From Gracilinanus agilis (taxonomy: Eukaryota), in assembly GCF_016433145.1 (NCBI RefSeq), contig NC_058131.1:353330338-353394337 (forward strand): a stretch of 64,000 bases of DNA. Direction: 5' to 3'. Both the position numbers and the translations under genes were made by a program. Shown piece by piece: positions 22,794 through 36,995 of this stretch. The notes beneath the pieces are model-generated. The model had not been told where the DNA came from. It did no database searches and saw only the letters and a program-made list of their open reading frames with translations. How positions within the stretch are numbered: position 1 is the first letter of the stretch; each line of letters opens with the position of its first letter.

Positions 22794-23282
22794 CTGGAGT
22801 GAAATAATCACAAGCCTTCAGTAATCTAGACCCCCAAGGGGAAAAAAAAAGCAAGATTCCAAAGGGCCTAGGGTCAGATACCATGAAAAACAAGCTGTTA
22901 TCGTTACCTTATCACAGCTATTATTTATATAGTTCTTACTATGTGCCAGATACTCTGCTAAATCCTTTATAATTATCTCCTTTTATCTTTACAACAATAC
23001 AAGAGGTAGTACTACCCCCCATTTTACAGATGAAGAACCTGAGGTAGAGGGTTAAGTGACTTGCCTATAACAATCTATTGGAGGCATCAAATTTAACCAT
23101 TTCATTTTACATATGAGAAAACTAAGCCCTAGAGAGAAGTGACTGTCAAATAGCACACAGCAAAGTACTGGCAGATCAAGAATTACAAACAACTTTGCAA
23201 CCACTCTTCTTTGTGAACCATGCTGCCTTCCCTCTTCAGTGAACCCCTCCTCTGAATGAGTGAATGCTAAAGAGGCACCTAC

Positions 23283-23508
23283 CATCAGCCGAGCATGGTT
23301 AATGTTCCAGGTGAAAGTGGTCATGGTCTGGTTTTGTGGGTCCACGATAGAGTCTTCTAGGATATATACCGAGTGGGCTACGTTAGCAGGGAAGAAGCGC
23401 TCCGCCCAGCGGGGCATCCTGTTGGTCTTTGTCAGAAGCCGCCTGGATAGCAGCTTCTGGTCAGGAGTGACCTCCCGGTGCACAATATCCTCGGTCAGCA
23501 CATGTTTG
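23283..23508 (-). CDS. PRELID1: PRELID1 coding exon 2
   Basis: (S)KHVLTEDIVHREVTPDQKLLSRRLLTKTNRMPRWAERFFPANVAHSVYILEDSIVDPQNQTMTTFTWNINHARLM; 226 nt. Confidence 0.97.
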
Positions 23509-23634
23509 CTGTATGGGAAACACAACCCAGGAGGTCGGCTAGGGAAAGTGACCCGATGAATGTATTAGGTACCTAAAGCACTGCCATTTCATGTCCTATT
23601 CCCTCCTGTTTCTACTACATTTTCACTTAAGTTC

Positions 23635-23640
<6 letters not shown>

Positions 23641-23678
<38 letters not shown>
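23641..23678. repeat. Poly(A)38 tract in PRELID1 intron 1
   Basis: 38 consecutive A. Confidence 0.95.
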
Positions 23679-23680
<2 letters not shown>

Positions 23681-24372
23681 AAGGCAGTTCAATGTTCCTC
23701 AAATCTTATTTCAGCATCCAGTCCATCCCTGTATCTGTGACATGGCTAAAAATAACTATCTTATTTGATATTTATTGAATTCAGAATTTTAAAAAAAGGA
23801 AGTTGGCTCTATGTTTCTCAGAGTGTTGGAAGAAAAAGAGGACCCTTAGGCCTGACTTCACACCCAAGGTGTTCCCAGACAGCAGCCCAGCCCCATCACT
23901 TCCAATCCCGGGGTGGGCCAGGGTGGAGCCCAGGCTCAGGGCAAATTCCAAGCCGAGGGAGGCTGCAGAGAGTGACTCTCTCAAGGGCCCTTTGGGAGGC
24001 GGTGCCCCGCGGGGCCGGAGCCCCTTTACCCGAGAGGTGAGCTGCCCCTCCCCCACCGCTCTGGCTCCTGGGACCTGATTCCAACGAGCCGGGGAAATGG
24101 GGGTGGGGGGGTGGAGGGGAAAGGTCTCCGGCCTCTGCTTACAGAATCTCAAGCACTAAGGGATCCTGCCCTTTGAAGGGGCTGGGGGGTGGCGCCCACG
24201 GTCTCCCACCCGCTCCGGAGTGGGGTTGGGGGGCTTCAGGGTTTCCTGCCCGCTTCTAAAAGAGAAAAGCGAGAGGAGAGGCCGGCGGTCTCCTGAGCTC
24301 TCTACTGGAGGCGTGGGGTCTCCTGACCTCGCCTGCAAGGGGTCGAGCGACACTCGGGTCTCCGGGCCTCAC

Positions 24373-24464
24373 CTGTAGGGGTTGGGGTAGCGCTGCCAGA
24401 AGGCAGTGAACACTTGGTCCCAGGAGCTCCGGAGCACGCTCTGCCCCAGGAAATACTTCACCAT
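24373..24464 (-). CDS. PRELID1: PRELID1 coding exon 1
   Basis: ATG at 24464-24462; MVKYFLGQSVLRSSWDQVFTAFWQRYPNPY(S); donor GTGAGG. Confidence 0.96.
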
Positions 24465-25430
<966 letters not shown>

Positions 25431-25780
25431 TGAAGGCTCCAGTCCATAAGGGTAAGGGTTTGAGTAGGTATGTGAAACTGACGGGGAACACCCTGGTCAG
25501 CCAGCCAGTTAACCTGATTTTTGAGGCCCGGCTTTGCTCCTGATCCCCGTAGGCATTTGTTATTCGCTTCCTCTCTCTGGGCCTCAGGTTCTTTTCTTGT
25601 AAAATAAGTAAGAGTGACCTTTGCCTGGTATCTCCCCTAGGGTTGTTGGAGGTTGAACAAAAGGGAAGTGAAAAAGGCTCGTGTAGACTGCTGTGGGTGG
25701 TATAGGTACCAGTGGTGGTTGTTGTGGAAGGGAGCAGTTGAGAAATGAGGGATGACTATTTCCTTCCCCCCCACATACAG

Positions 25781-25849
25781 ACCATTGGGGCAGCATTTGT
25801 GGCCAAGGTGATGTCTGTGGGAGACAGAACGGTGACACTAGGCATTTGG
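25781..25849 (+). CDS. RAB24: RAB24 coding exon 2
   Basis: [23 protein letters not shown]; cag/GTGAGT. Confidence 0.96.
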
Positions 25850-26261
25850 GTGAGTGAAAGAGACACACCTCGGATTACTTGCCCCATTGGGTGAAGGGCT
25901 CTTCAGGCAATATTTATTTCCTGATACCTCCCTGAGGCGGCCACCTCACCTCAAAAGTTCTGAACTGTTAAGGACCATTTGGGTGGTCCTTCAGAGCAGG
26001 CAGCTTCTCCTTACCCATCCCTTAATGCTGTACTAGAGATTAGGAACCTCTGTTTTGCCCCTAATAAGCTGTGTAAACCATGGCAAATCACCTCCTAGTT
26101 TTTGTTTCTCCATGTGAAAAACATCAGGACTGGAGACTGTAATGTAAGGCCCTATGATTGAGTGAGCCCTCTCATCTCTGGGAATTGTGGTTTAGAGGGT
26201 TGTTGACCAGGTTATTTCCAAGCCAGGGGCCAAGGTTGAGTTTTGACCTGGTTCTCCGTAG

Positions 26262-26673
<412 letters not shown>

Positions 26674-26873
26674 TGATCATACAACTACTAAGTGTCTGAC
26701 AGGATTTGAATGCAGGTCTTTGTAACACTCCTGCCTAATAATCCTACCTCTTGAAAAAGGCACTCAGAAAACCAGATCCACACAAATTAATAACTAGGTC
26801 ATTTTGTCTACAAGATCAGAGTAGTAATACCTGCCAAAGAGGTGTTTGTGAGGAAAGCACTTTGTAACTTTAA

Positions 26874-27161
<288 letters not shown>

Positions 27162-27387
27162 TAGTTTCATATTCCTGGGGAGATCCCAACAAGGTTGAAA
27201 GGGCCAGAAGCAAAATTCATGCTCTAGGTAGAAGGGAGTGGGGCAAGATGAAACATTTGAAGTTCCTGTTTCCTTGGCTTTTCTGCAATCCCTCCTCCTT
27301 TTATCCTTCTTCTGGGTGCTCATCCCAGGAAAGGCAGGACAAAGGCAAAGCAGCCTTATTTGCTCACTCCGAGGTGTGTGTTTACAG

Positions 27388-27438
27388 ACATAAAAGCTCA
27401 ACTCTTTGAGACATCTAGCAAGACGGGCCAGAGTGTAG
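27388..27438 (+). CDS. RAB24: RAB24 coding exon 6
   Basis: (D)IKAQLFETSSKTGQSV; cag/GTAAGT. Confidence 0.95.
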
Positions 27439-27744
27439 GTAAGTTACAGTTTGGTGGCTAAGTCATCTTGTAGACCAAGTTTCAGTTAGGCTGGGAAAGC
27501 CAAATTTGGGGAAAATTGGGGGTAGGGGCAGTAAACAAAGCCAACCGGCCCCTGGAAGACTGACATAATGGTAGAGAATGCAAAGGTTGTCCTGCTTACC
27601 TGGGATTTAGGGTCTTTGTACTGTGGATCAGATTGGGAGGGCAAAATCCAGCCTCAGGAGATGGGATTAGCTTGTGAGAACAGAAGTAGCCAGCCAGGCT
27701 AATTTTCCTGCCTCCCCCCCCCCTCCCACTTTCATTAACCCTAG

Positions 27745-27807
27745 ATGAGCTGTTCCAGAAGGTAGCAGAAGATTATGTCAGTGTGGCTGCATTCCAATTG
27801 ATGACAG
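27745..27807 (+). CDS. RAB24: RAB24 coding exon 7
   Basis: (D)ELFQKVAEDYVSVAAFQLMT; tag/GTAAGG. Confidence 0.95.
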
Positions 27808-28124
27808 GTAAGGGTGCCTCCCAAACTCTGGCACTCCCTTTTTGCCTAGTTCTTTGATTATAATGATTTGCTGCTGAACAGGACCTTAGTCTGCTCCAGT
27901 CCCCTCATTTTTGGAGGCAGCTGAGGTACAGGGACCTGAAGTCTCTCCTCCCAGGTAGGTAAGCAGGAACCAAACTAGGATTCAGACCCTTTAGAATACG
28001 CTTTGATGAATTAAGGCTACCCAACACCCCAAAGGGTAAGACCCCAGTTTTCTAGGAGCATGGTCCTAGAATCCTTTATTCTCTCTTGAATGAGTGATTA
28101 ATATTGGCTTCCCTCTCTCTGCAG

Positions 28125-28189
28125 AGGACAAAGGCGTTGACTTGGGTCAGAAGGGCAACACCTACTTCTACAGTTGCTGTCATCACTGA
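28125..28189 (+). CDS. RAB24: RAB24 coding exon 8 (last)
   Basis: (E)[20 protein letters not shown]; total CDS 612 nt = 203 aa + stop. Confidence 0.96.
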
Positions 28190-28447
28190 GAACCACCCTG
28201 TCCCTTGGAAGGGGCTCTGCTGGACCCTTGTCTGCTCTCTGTTGGTTGAAAGGCTATCTGAGCCACTCACAATCTCAGAGGCAGAAAGGGATGGCCACAC
28301 CTCCTGCCTGTGCTCGCCCAGGATCAGGGGCAGCAGCAGCACCCTGAAAGGCTAGAGGCGGCCTGTTCTGACCCTGGGCTCTCTGCTGTTCCCTGGGCAG
28401 TGCTTGTACCTCTCTCTGCACATAATTTAAGTGGCTTCTGCCTTGTA

Positions 28448-28453
28448 AATAAA
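28448..28453 (+). terminator. RAB24: RAB24 poly(A) signal AATAAA
   Basis: Canonical hexamer ~260 nt after stop. Confidence 0.75.
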
Positions 28454-29929
28454 ACCTCCCCACACCCCCACCCCCCTCATTAATAGTCCGACCACTTCCT
28501 TGCTGTTTCTTTGGGAGGGAAGAATGACTGTATTGGGGATTGTAGGATTACTCAAGATTGCTTACCTTACCCGAGTTTAGGGCCTTAAGAGCATAAATTG
28601 GTAGTAGAGGCAGCCCCTGAAAGTTCCTTTCTCTAGTCTTCTCCTAGGTGAAACATCAGTCATTTCTCATAGAGTTCCCATCTATGGTGTGGTAACTGCT
28701 GATTGCAGGGAATTATGAGTCAGGATGCCTGGGCTTTTTGAGGAATATGACTGGAGTCTGGGCTACAAAGTGCCCAGGGACCTAAAGGGATGCCAGTACT
28801 CTAGGTTTGGCCAGACTAGTGGTGCCACTGGAAAGCTACCACTGAAGGTCTTGGCCCAATGCTACAAAATTACTGTCTAGAGGCCAGGCATGTTTAGGGG
28901 ACCCATACTCCAATATCTCTTATGAATTATTCTAGGTTTGCAGAATCTGCCAGAAGTGTAGCCTCTTTCTAAGGGACAGGCTTGGTGATAGGTTCTATAG
29001 CCTAGGCTTGTCTAAAAGGAAAATTGACCCAGAAACGTTTGGAGGTTTGTCAAAGGCTCATCTCCCTTAGATAGCGGGGGATGGTTCTTTCTGGCAGCTT
29101 CATAACCCACCCTCTCTGTCCATAAACCAGGATAAAGTCATCTTGGGACTTGGTTGAGTTACGACTTAGTCTTATTAGTACCATCGTGTCATAGTGGATC
29201 ATGAAGAGCTCTAACTTCCAGTTGGGAGGTGTTCAGATGAATGCAAAGTGAGGCTTAGCCTTTTATGTTTGAAAAGCTCACATAAACATCACATAAAAGC
29301 TGGACGGGGCCAGTAAGGTTGAAGTCCTTTCAATGATGATCAAGGTCACAAGTCAGACCCTAAATCTGACTAGTGTTAGTAATGCAATTTATGTCCAAGC
29401 CTTGGTTGCAGACCTTCAGGAAGTAAAGTCCATAAATGAAGTAACTACTTGGAAAGTACTATGGGTATAGCTTCCTTTTTGTAAACCAATTCCTCAAAGT
29501 TAACTTCCTCTAAAATCTTCTAAGTCCAATTCTGTCATCTTAGTGAAGCTTCCTGGGATTGCCGCTTGCTCTCTCCCTCCTCGAATATCAAACACTATGG
29601 CGTATGCACCACTGATGTGTTCTGGAATCTGACACCCATTTGAATTTGCCCGTCTGCATGCTCCCAAGAGGGCAGGAATCATATTATGCAAACTTTGTCC
29701 CCGATCACCACACAGTGCTGGACACAAGCCTTAATAAACACTTACTGGATGAGTACCTGATGCCTAGGCACATACTTGGGTAAAGCTGATGATTTCCACT
29801 GGTAAAGGTCTGGCAGACTGCCAGTGCTGCCAGCACTTGTCTGTGGAGCCCTGGGCACTCCTGTCCCTTTTTTTTCTCATGAGCTAACATGTCACCCCAT
29901 ATGCAGTAAGACAAAACACAGGGCCAGGG

Positions 29930-32900
29930 CAGTAAGAGTAAAGTTAAACTTTACTTTACAGTAATTTTTTTCTTCTATATACAAAGAATTACAGTACATA
30001 TCATGGGGGCTCTTAGAGCAGGGCTCCCCTTTTTTCATTTCACTTACAGACAGCCGACAGTCTAAGGGGAGCAAAAAGAAACTAAGCAATGGTCCAAGGC
30101 TTTCTCCCCCCCCTTCTCCCTCTCCTAAAAATATATTTATATATATAGATAGATCTCTATTGTCAGCTTCTTTTTAATGTGTTCTTTGCCAAGACCCTTG
30201 ATGAGAACTAGAGAGCTGTGATGAGTGAGCTGGTCTTTGACAAAACTTCTGTGTGTCTTTTCACCCATTGAAACACCCCTCCCACAACACATACACACAG
30301 TAAGCACCAGAACACCAAGTGCAGACCAGTCCTGTTCCCATCCCAAATCTGCATGTGAGTGGCCTTTGACCCCATCATTTCCTTTAGCAAGTTTGCAAAA
30401 TCTCACTTGGCTTTGGGGAGTGGGGGGTCAGGGTCCTCTCCTAATAGACTCAAAGCCCAGAGGCATCAGTGCCTGTCTCTAAAAGCCCCTACTTAAGTAG
30501 CAGAATACAAGACAGGAAAGCACTGTGAGAAGGTACCACATGACAACAGGAAATGGTGTTTCTTGCTTCTGTTTGTAGCAAACATTCCTCCTCCTCCAAG
30601 TGCTATTTCAAAGTAGCTTCTTATGCTCATTCTTTAATACCAGTCTATTTTCTTCCATCCTTGCCCTTCACCAAGCAATCCCTCTCTGCTACTGGATGGG
30701 TCACATCTGGTCTAGAAGATAAAAGACATACTGACTTTGGGCTACTCAATCTGGAGTGGGGAGAGAAAGAAGGGCCTCATTTTCTGGCAAAGGAAGGTGG
30801 CAGATGCATTTTCTGGTTACACACCCATCTGTTCTCTAGGAGCACAGATTTAGTCTCCCTTTTGTGGGCTCAGTGACCCTACATCTTGGAAATCCCATTG
30901 GCTGGAACAAGGGAAGTCCCTTTGCAACCGTCCCAAGTTTCTCTAAAATTCTTTGCAAAGTTGGTACTAGGCCCAGCGGTGCTGAAGGCAGATCTTTGGG
31001 GGAAGTCTTGCTTTTCTTCCCACCTGGCCCACATGAACTCAAACTAAAGAAAATGCTTCTTTTTTTTTAAATGAAGTTTCATGCCCCCTAACAGGAAGCC
31101 CTGGGATTTTTTTTATTTTAACCACCAGCTCCTGTCCATCTTTTGCTCAACCCTTGGCAGTGCTTGTATGAGGAAAATAGCACCATAGATGAATTTTTGT
31201 GTACAATGCGATTTAACTATTAACTATTTTTATGCAGATTTATCACACTAATGCAACCTCTGGACTAGTTGACCCTAGGAAGCTTAGTCAAGAATAATTA
31301 GGCACATCCAATTAAAGCCACATATATTCATCACTTAGTTCTACAACTCTGGAATGTCAGAAAACACTGAACAGCTGGCAGGGCCTGACTGTCTTACAAA
31401 TGGCAAGACAAACCCCTCCAAGCCCATCACTCCACCCCCTCAGTAGGAATGCAGGAACCGCAGGCCCTTTCCCATTACTAGCTTCTCAAATGTCACTTTA
31501 GAGAGCACCCAAGCCAGCAGGAATTAGAAATGTAGAGATCACAAAGTCAACTTCAGCCATTTGGCTGGTGGGTCTCGAGTCAGGATCATAATGTTCCAAC
31601 GAGAGCCTCTGAGAAGGAAGCCATGGATTGGAACCTGTACAAAAAGTGCAGTAGATCAGAGCATACAGTTAACTCACCCAAGTCCTCTCTCTTTATCTCT
31701 GCCAAAGGTGATGCTAATATGAAGGGTGTCAAAATGGAAGGGGACTCTCTCCAGCTGCCCTCCAAAATGATCCTGCTACTTACCAGGTCACAGCACTTGG
31801 GAAGTTTACCTACAGCTATCTTTGTAAAGAATCCCTGATAATGTTTCAATGTACTAATTTCTAGCTAGAAAATTCAAAAGATTTATCTTCATCATCACCA
31901 TCACCCCTCCTCCCCAGGGACTTCCTTATTCTCTAGCTTTTTAGCAGTAAAGCAGCAAACAATGAATTAAGTTTACATCTAAAGGAATTTTTGGATCACA
32001 AACCCTTGGGTGCTTTAGTGACCATAATTAGTATTGAGAGATGATCACAATGGGAAGAACTTTGGATTCAGTGACAGGAGAGGGAGCTGGGGTTCTAAAG
32101 GCCAGTACAAACAGGCTGTTATAATTACAAGGGCCTCCCGCCCTCTCCCAGAAGTCTGGTCATCATTACTGTCTGTTGGAGGGAAAGCTGAAGTTGATAG
32201 GTCTGGTGATTTTTAAGCACTTGATTGAGGAATCAAAACCACCTCCTGAATCCTGAACTGGCTTACAATCTTTATTACATTTAGAGTCCATTTTTCTGTC
32301 AATGAAGGCTCTTAAGGTTCTTAGTCCCTCCTGAGTAGTTGGCATTTCAGAAGGAACCCATTAGGGTTAGCCAAGTTGAAAATGGACTCTCAACTTACTT
32401 TTGATTTCATAGGCATTTCTTACTAGTTATCAACCCTCCTAGTGGTGATTTCTGTTAATGATCATATGTTAGATCCTTCTCAATAAAGGGCATGTCAACA
32501 TGCATCAACCCATACTTTGCTCCCCAAGAAGATTCCTGGCCATAAGGGACTATCCATTCAAAGAAAGCACTGCCCAGGCACCAAGCATGGCCCACAGAGG
32601 ATGTCTTACAAGTCTAAACTAAGAATGTTTCCCTCACCTGGCTGTTTGGGAGGAAAAATGGTGAGACCCTGTCTAAAAGGAGGAGGTTGATCAAACGGAA
32701 AACATTCAAGGGCCTACCTGGGGCTCCACACTTTTAGGTCTGCATTCCTGCTCCCCTGAGCCTAGACAAAGTTTCTGACACATGACTGACTTACTGAGCA
32801 ATGCTACTTATAGGACAAGCGTCTTTAGAATTAAGACTCCTCCACTAAAAAAATGTTTAAATAGCCTGCACCAAAAATATTCACAGTTTATTTCATGAAA

Positions 32901-35256
32901 CAAAGAGCTAGGGTAGTTTTTCTTTTTTAAAACACACAACAAAGTGAAACATAGATTCTGACAGTGCAGTATGGATTCCTTTCTGGTAAACAACTACAAG
33001 TGCAAGGGGAACAGAGGAGGAAGGGAATGGGGGTGAGCACAGAATCAACACTACAGTTTAGGAGAATTCTGGGGGTCAAGGGTAGTAGAGAAGACCCTAC
33101 AAATGTAAGTTATATATTTATTCTTCTCACACATGATAAATACTTAACATATTGAGCCTCAGTGTTTCTGGGTGAATTCTTTTTTTTTTAAATATATTTT
33201 CATGGTTTAAAATTATTTTTAAAAAGAAAATAAAAAGGCTTTCATTTTTCTCCTCTTTCATGAGGACTTTGGGAGTGGGTAGACAGCATTCTTTCCCCAC
33301 TTGCTGCTGGAAGGAAGCTTAGCAGCACATTCACAGGACCAACCAACAAGGGATTAAAGCCCAGTGGGTCTTCCAAAGAGATGTGCAGTGGAGCCAGAGA
33401 GGCCTGGTCAGATAGGATTCCACAAGGAGGGCAATTCAGCTTTGAGAAGGAAAGGGAGATACAAGAATAACCTCAACCCTTTACTCTATCTGGGGTTCAG
33501 AAATGAGGTTCAACCATGTCACCTCCTTGGAGACCAATTTTGAAAATTCTTATTCCAGGGAGCAACTACTTGTAAATGTGCACTCACTTTTCCCTTCCTG
33601 GAATGAAGGAGGTCAACTCACCTACCAAGAGGTTCCTAATTCCCAAAGGGAAATATTTAGAAGTTATAGTTAGGGAGTTAGGACAAAGTAAAGAATCCTA
33701 ATAGGGGCGTAAAAGCCATTGCTAGGACAGAATGGCCGAGACAGTGCCTATTGGCTAAAGGCTTCTCCAGTTGGCAAAGCACAGAGGTAATGTTTGTTAC
33801 AGGTAGAGGAGAGGGCTGGGGAGGGCAAGGGAAGAGTACTGGCCAAACAGCACTTCTTGCTGGCAGTCAGTGAACTGGGCTAACCACGGGGAAGGGTAGC
33901 ACCAACAGTTTTCCCAGTCCCTCTGTTCCCAGTTCAGGGCAGCAGTAAGATTATCAGCAGTTTCAAAGAGTTGTCTATCCTGGACATTGCTCTACACCTT
34001 GTCTCCTCAGCCTTGGTTCTTCTGGGGGCTTGGATAGTCCTAAGTCATGGGACCAGATGCAGTTCTGACCTCAGTCAGCAAAGCAAACTCTCACAAGAAA
34101 AAGCAAAATTATTCTCAGGTGAGAGTTAGATGGAGCCCACCCCATAGTGTAGAAAGGAGGAAGTAAATGGTGTCCCCCCCAGATGAGCAGGCTCCTTATC
34201 TCATGGTTGGAGTAAGGTAATATTCTATTATTCAACACGCAGAGGGAACATGCAGAAGTGGTTATTTTCCTGCAATGATGTGGGGATGCAGAGCTCACTG
34301 ATAACCTGGCAAACTTCCTTCCACTGAGACTTAGCACAAGACACATTTAGTTCCAAAGCACCTGAGTGTTTGCTGGAGGTGAGCACGGAGGGGGAAACCT
34401 GTTTCAGGGACAGGGCTCTAATAAGAGACACTGTTTTTAGTCTTAAGCCCAGCTCCTCTGCCCAGCTCCTTATGCAGAGGCACATCAACCTGTTCTAAGC
34501 TCGCATAAGGAAAAAACTGAGGGCTCAGACTAGCCTGGCTAGAAATAACAGCTGCCCAATGGGCAACCCACTGTAACATTATCATTGTACCCCTCTCAAA
34601 AATGGACCCTGGAGTGAGCTGTCTATGTGAAAAGCACACCTGGCCCGAGGTCTGTTGGGACCCACCAACCATGAGTTAGTCAGACAACACAATCACTTCT
34701 GGGGGTAGGAGCATCAAAATGCAAGAGACAAGTGAAGCTGAGGGTCCACCGTCTTGACATCACCTCTTCCCTCCTGGCCAAAGTTTCTCGAAAGGGCAGG
34801 AGCTGAATGAAAGGCCATCACTTTCTCTTAAGGGATGTTCCCAGACCCCACAAACAGAAGTTCCCTCCCCTCAAAAGCCCGGGGAAGTCCCACTATCTTT
34901 CCAACCTGACCACTGGAACTGAATTCCATGCTTGAATCCAGAGTGGAATTTTTATTTCAAGTTTACCATGTGTAAAAAGAAGGAAAATGGACCACAGTCT
35001 TCTTGGGTGCACCCCCCCTCCCCTTTAGATTTTGGTACATGGATAACTCAAGCCACCCCCACTGGCTAATGTCACAAGAGTTTCTGAGAGTTGGGGGATT
35101 AGGAAGGATGACAATGGAAAAGGGTTTGGTTTTTTTTGTTAGTTTTGTTTGTTTTTTTTTTTTTTAAAAGAAAGAGAGAGAAAGAAAAGACTTCCCTCCC
35201 CAAACAGTACCCCAGCGGGCAAGCCTTGTCTGGCCACATGGCATTTACTACTATCA
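29930..35256 (-). other. NSD1: NSD1 3'UTR (~5.3 kb)
   Basis: Follows NSD1 stop; no SINE/LINE copies recognised; distal AGTAAA (plus tttact 29950-29955), upstream TGTATATA (29976-29983) and downstream GU-rich ctgtgttttgtc. End inferred. Confidence 0.65.
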
Positions 35257-36995
35257 TCACTTCTGTTTCGACTCTGCAGGCTCATGGTTGGAAGGGGTCT
35301 GGTTAAGAGCTGGTACTGCACTTTGCTCAGGCTTAGGGTCTGGCCCTTTGATTAGCCCTTTGCCAAGGGGTCGACAAGTCTGTGCCAATGTCTGTGGACT
35401 CCCAGGTGACCGACAAGTCTGTGCCAATGGCTGGTCTGCCCCAGTAGGACCAGGACTCAGCTTGGCTGCAGTCAGCACTTTGCCTGCAGGCCAGGGAGTG
35501 GGCCCTGCTGGGGACTTCCCCAGGGCCCAGGGGGGGTGCTCTGTCATTGCTGACCGTTTCTCTGCTGGGGGAACAAGGTCTGGTGATTTGACAGGGGGCC
35601 TAGGGGACTGCACCATAAGTGGTGTTGTTTTTGTGGCAAGCCCTGGGGATTGTGGGGATCCAGCCATGGGTTCTCCTGAGGCTAGGGCTTTGCCGAATGA
35701 CCCAGAGCTCTGCTCCATTGACACAGGTACACGTCCTGCGGCCCGAGGAGCTTGTTCAAACAAGTAACCCTTGGCAGGGGGCCGCGGGATCAGTCTGGCT
35801 TGTATGAGTGTTTTGCCAGCCTGCCAGGTGTGCTCCACAGGGGCTGAAGCTCTTCCAGATGCTTGGAGGACTGCTTCGGAAGGGTGAACTTTCTCAGTGG
35901 CCCGAGGCATTTGTCCCAGTGCTTTGTTAACAGGCCAGGGACTCTGCTCCAGCACTGGTAATTTTTCAGTGGGCTGGGGTGTAATTTCATGAGGTGAAGC
36001 TGCTCGTTCCTTTTGACGAGGACTCAGTTCAAGAACCATAGTAGCTCGATCTTTTGGCCGAGTATTTTGGTCCACGGGCCTTAGTGCTTTTTCATTAGAT
36101 ACAAGGTTCTGGACCACAGCTGACAGCACTTTTTCAGAAGGTGGGAGTCTCTGGCCCAAAGGGACAAGGGGCTTGTCTGAGGTCTGGGGTTTGGGTCCAG
36201 TTGTCACTGGGGACTTGTCTGAGGTCTGGGGCTTTGGGCCATTTGTGACTGGGGACTTGTCTGATGCCTGGAGTCTCGGTCCAGTAGTAACTACAGGCCT
36301 ATCTGGTTGCTGAGACTTTGAGCTGATAGTACCCAAGGACTTATCCAAAGATTGAGGCTTTGGGCCTGCTAAAGCTACAGGTCTGTCCAACAGTTGGGAC
36401 CTGAGGCCAGCTGCTACTGAGGACCTGACTGATGGTGGGGATTTGGGGCCTGACAGTGCTTGAGAAGGGTTGTCAGACAGTTGAGGTCTAGGGCTTGTCG
36501 CTACAAGAGATGTATCTGCTGGCCTCTGGCCTACTTCTAAGGGCTGAGGTCTTGGACCTGATACTCCAGGGCTTTTATCTGGTGACTGGGGCGTGGAGTC
36601 AGGCATCACAAGTGGTTTATCAGACAACTGTGGCCTCTGACATGTTCCTACTAATGTTTTCTCTGATAGCTGGAGCCTTTGGCCCATTGCCCCAGGGGCT
36701 TTGTCCACCATCAGGGGTCTTTGAGCAGGAATCTCAGAAGGCTGCTCTGCTAGGTGAGTGTTTGCACCTGGAGTCAGCGGCACAGGGGGAGGCACGTACT
36801 CACGGATCTCCCCAGGCTCCAGAGGGTTGGGGCCACATGGATCATGCTCTGTGCAAGACAGGCGACCATCCAATTTAGAGATGAACAGCATTCCCTCTCG
36901 GTGTTGTTTGCAGAAGGAACTAGGGCACATCTCACAAAAAGATGCAGCTTCTTTTCCACAAACGTCACACTGGTGCCATGGACACTCCCATTTCC
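35257..36995 (-). CDS. NSD1: NSD1 last coding exon (C5HCH + low-complexity C-terminus; human exon 23 equivalent)
   Basis: (G)[66 protein letters not shown]...PAESKQK*; cttttcag acceptor; matches 557-aa ORF. Confidence 0.97.
36172..36297 (-). repeat. NSD1: 42-bp coding tandem repeat (~3 units) in NSD1 last exon
   Basis: cttgtctga recurs at 36172, 36214, 36256; encodes GP(R/K)(L/P)Q(A/T)SDKSPVT(N/T)-type 14-aa units. Confidence 0.9.

Noticed and set aside
29259-29300. Inverted repeat cttttatgt...acataaaag
   Set aside because: Stem too short and AT-rich for a pre-miRNA call; likely chance.
35288-36878. Plus-strand ORFs of 127-159 aa
   Set aside because: Antisense shadows of the long NSD1 terminal exon.
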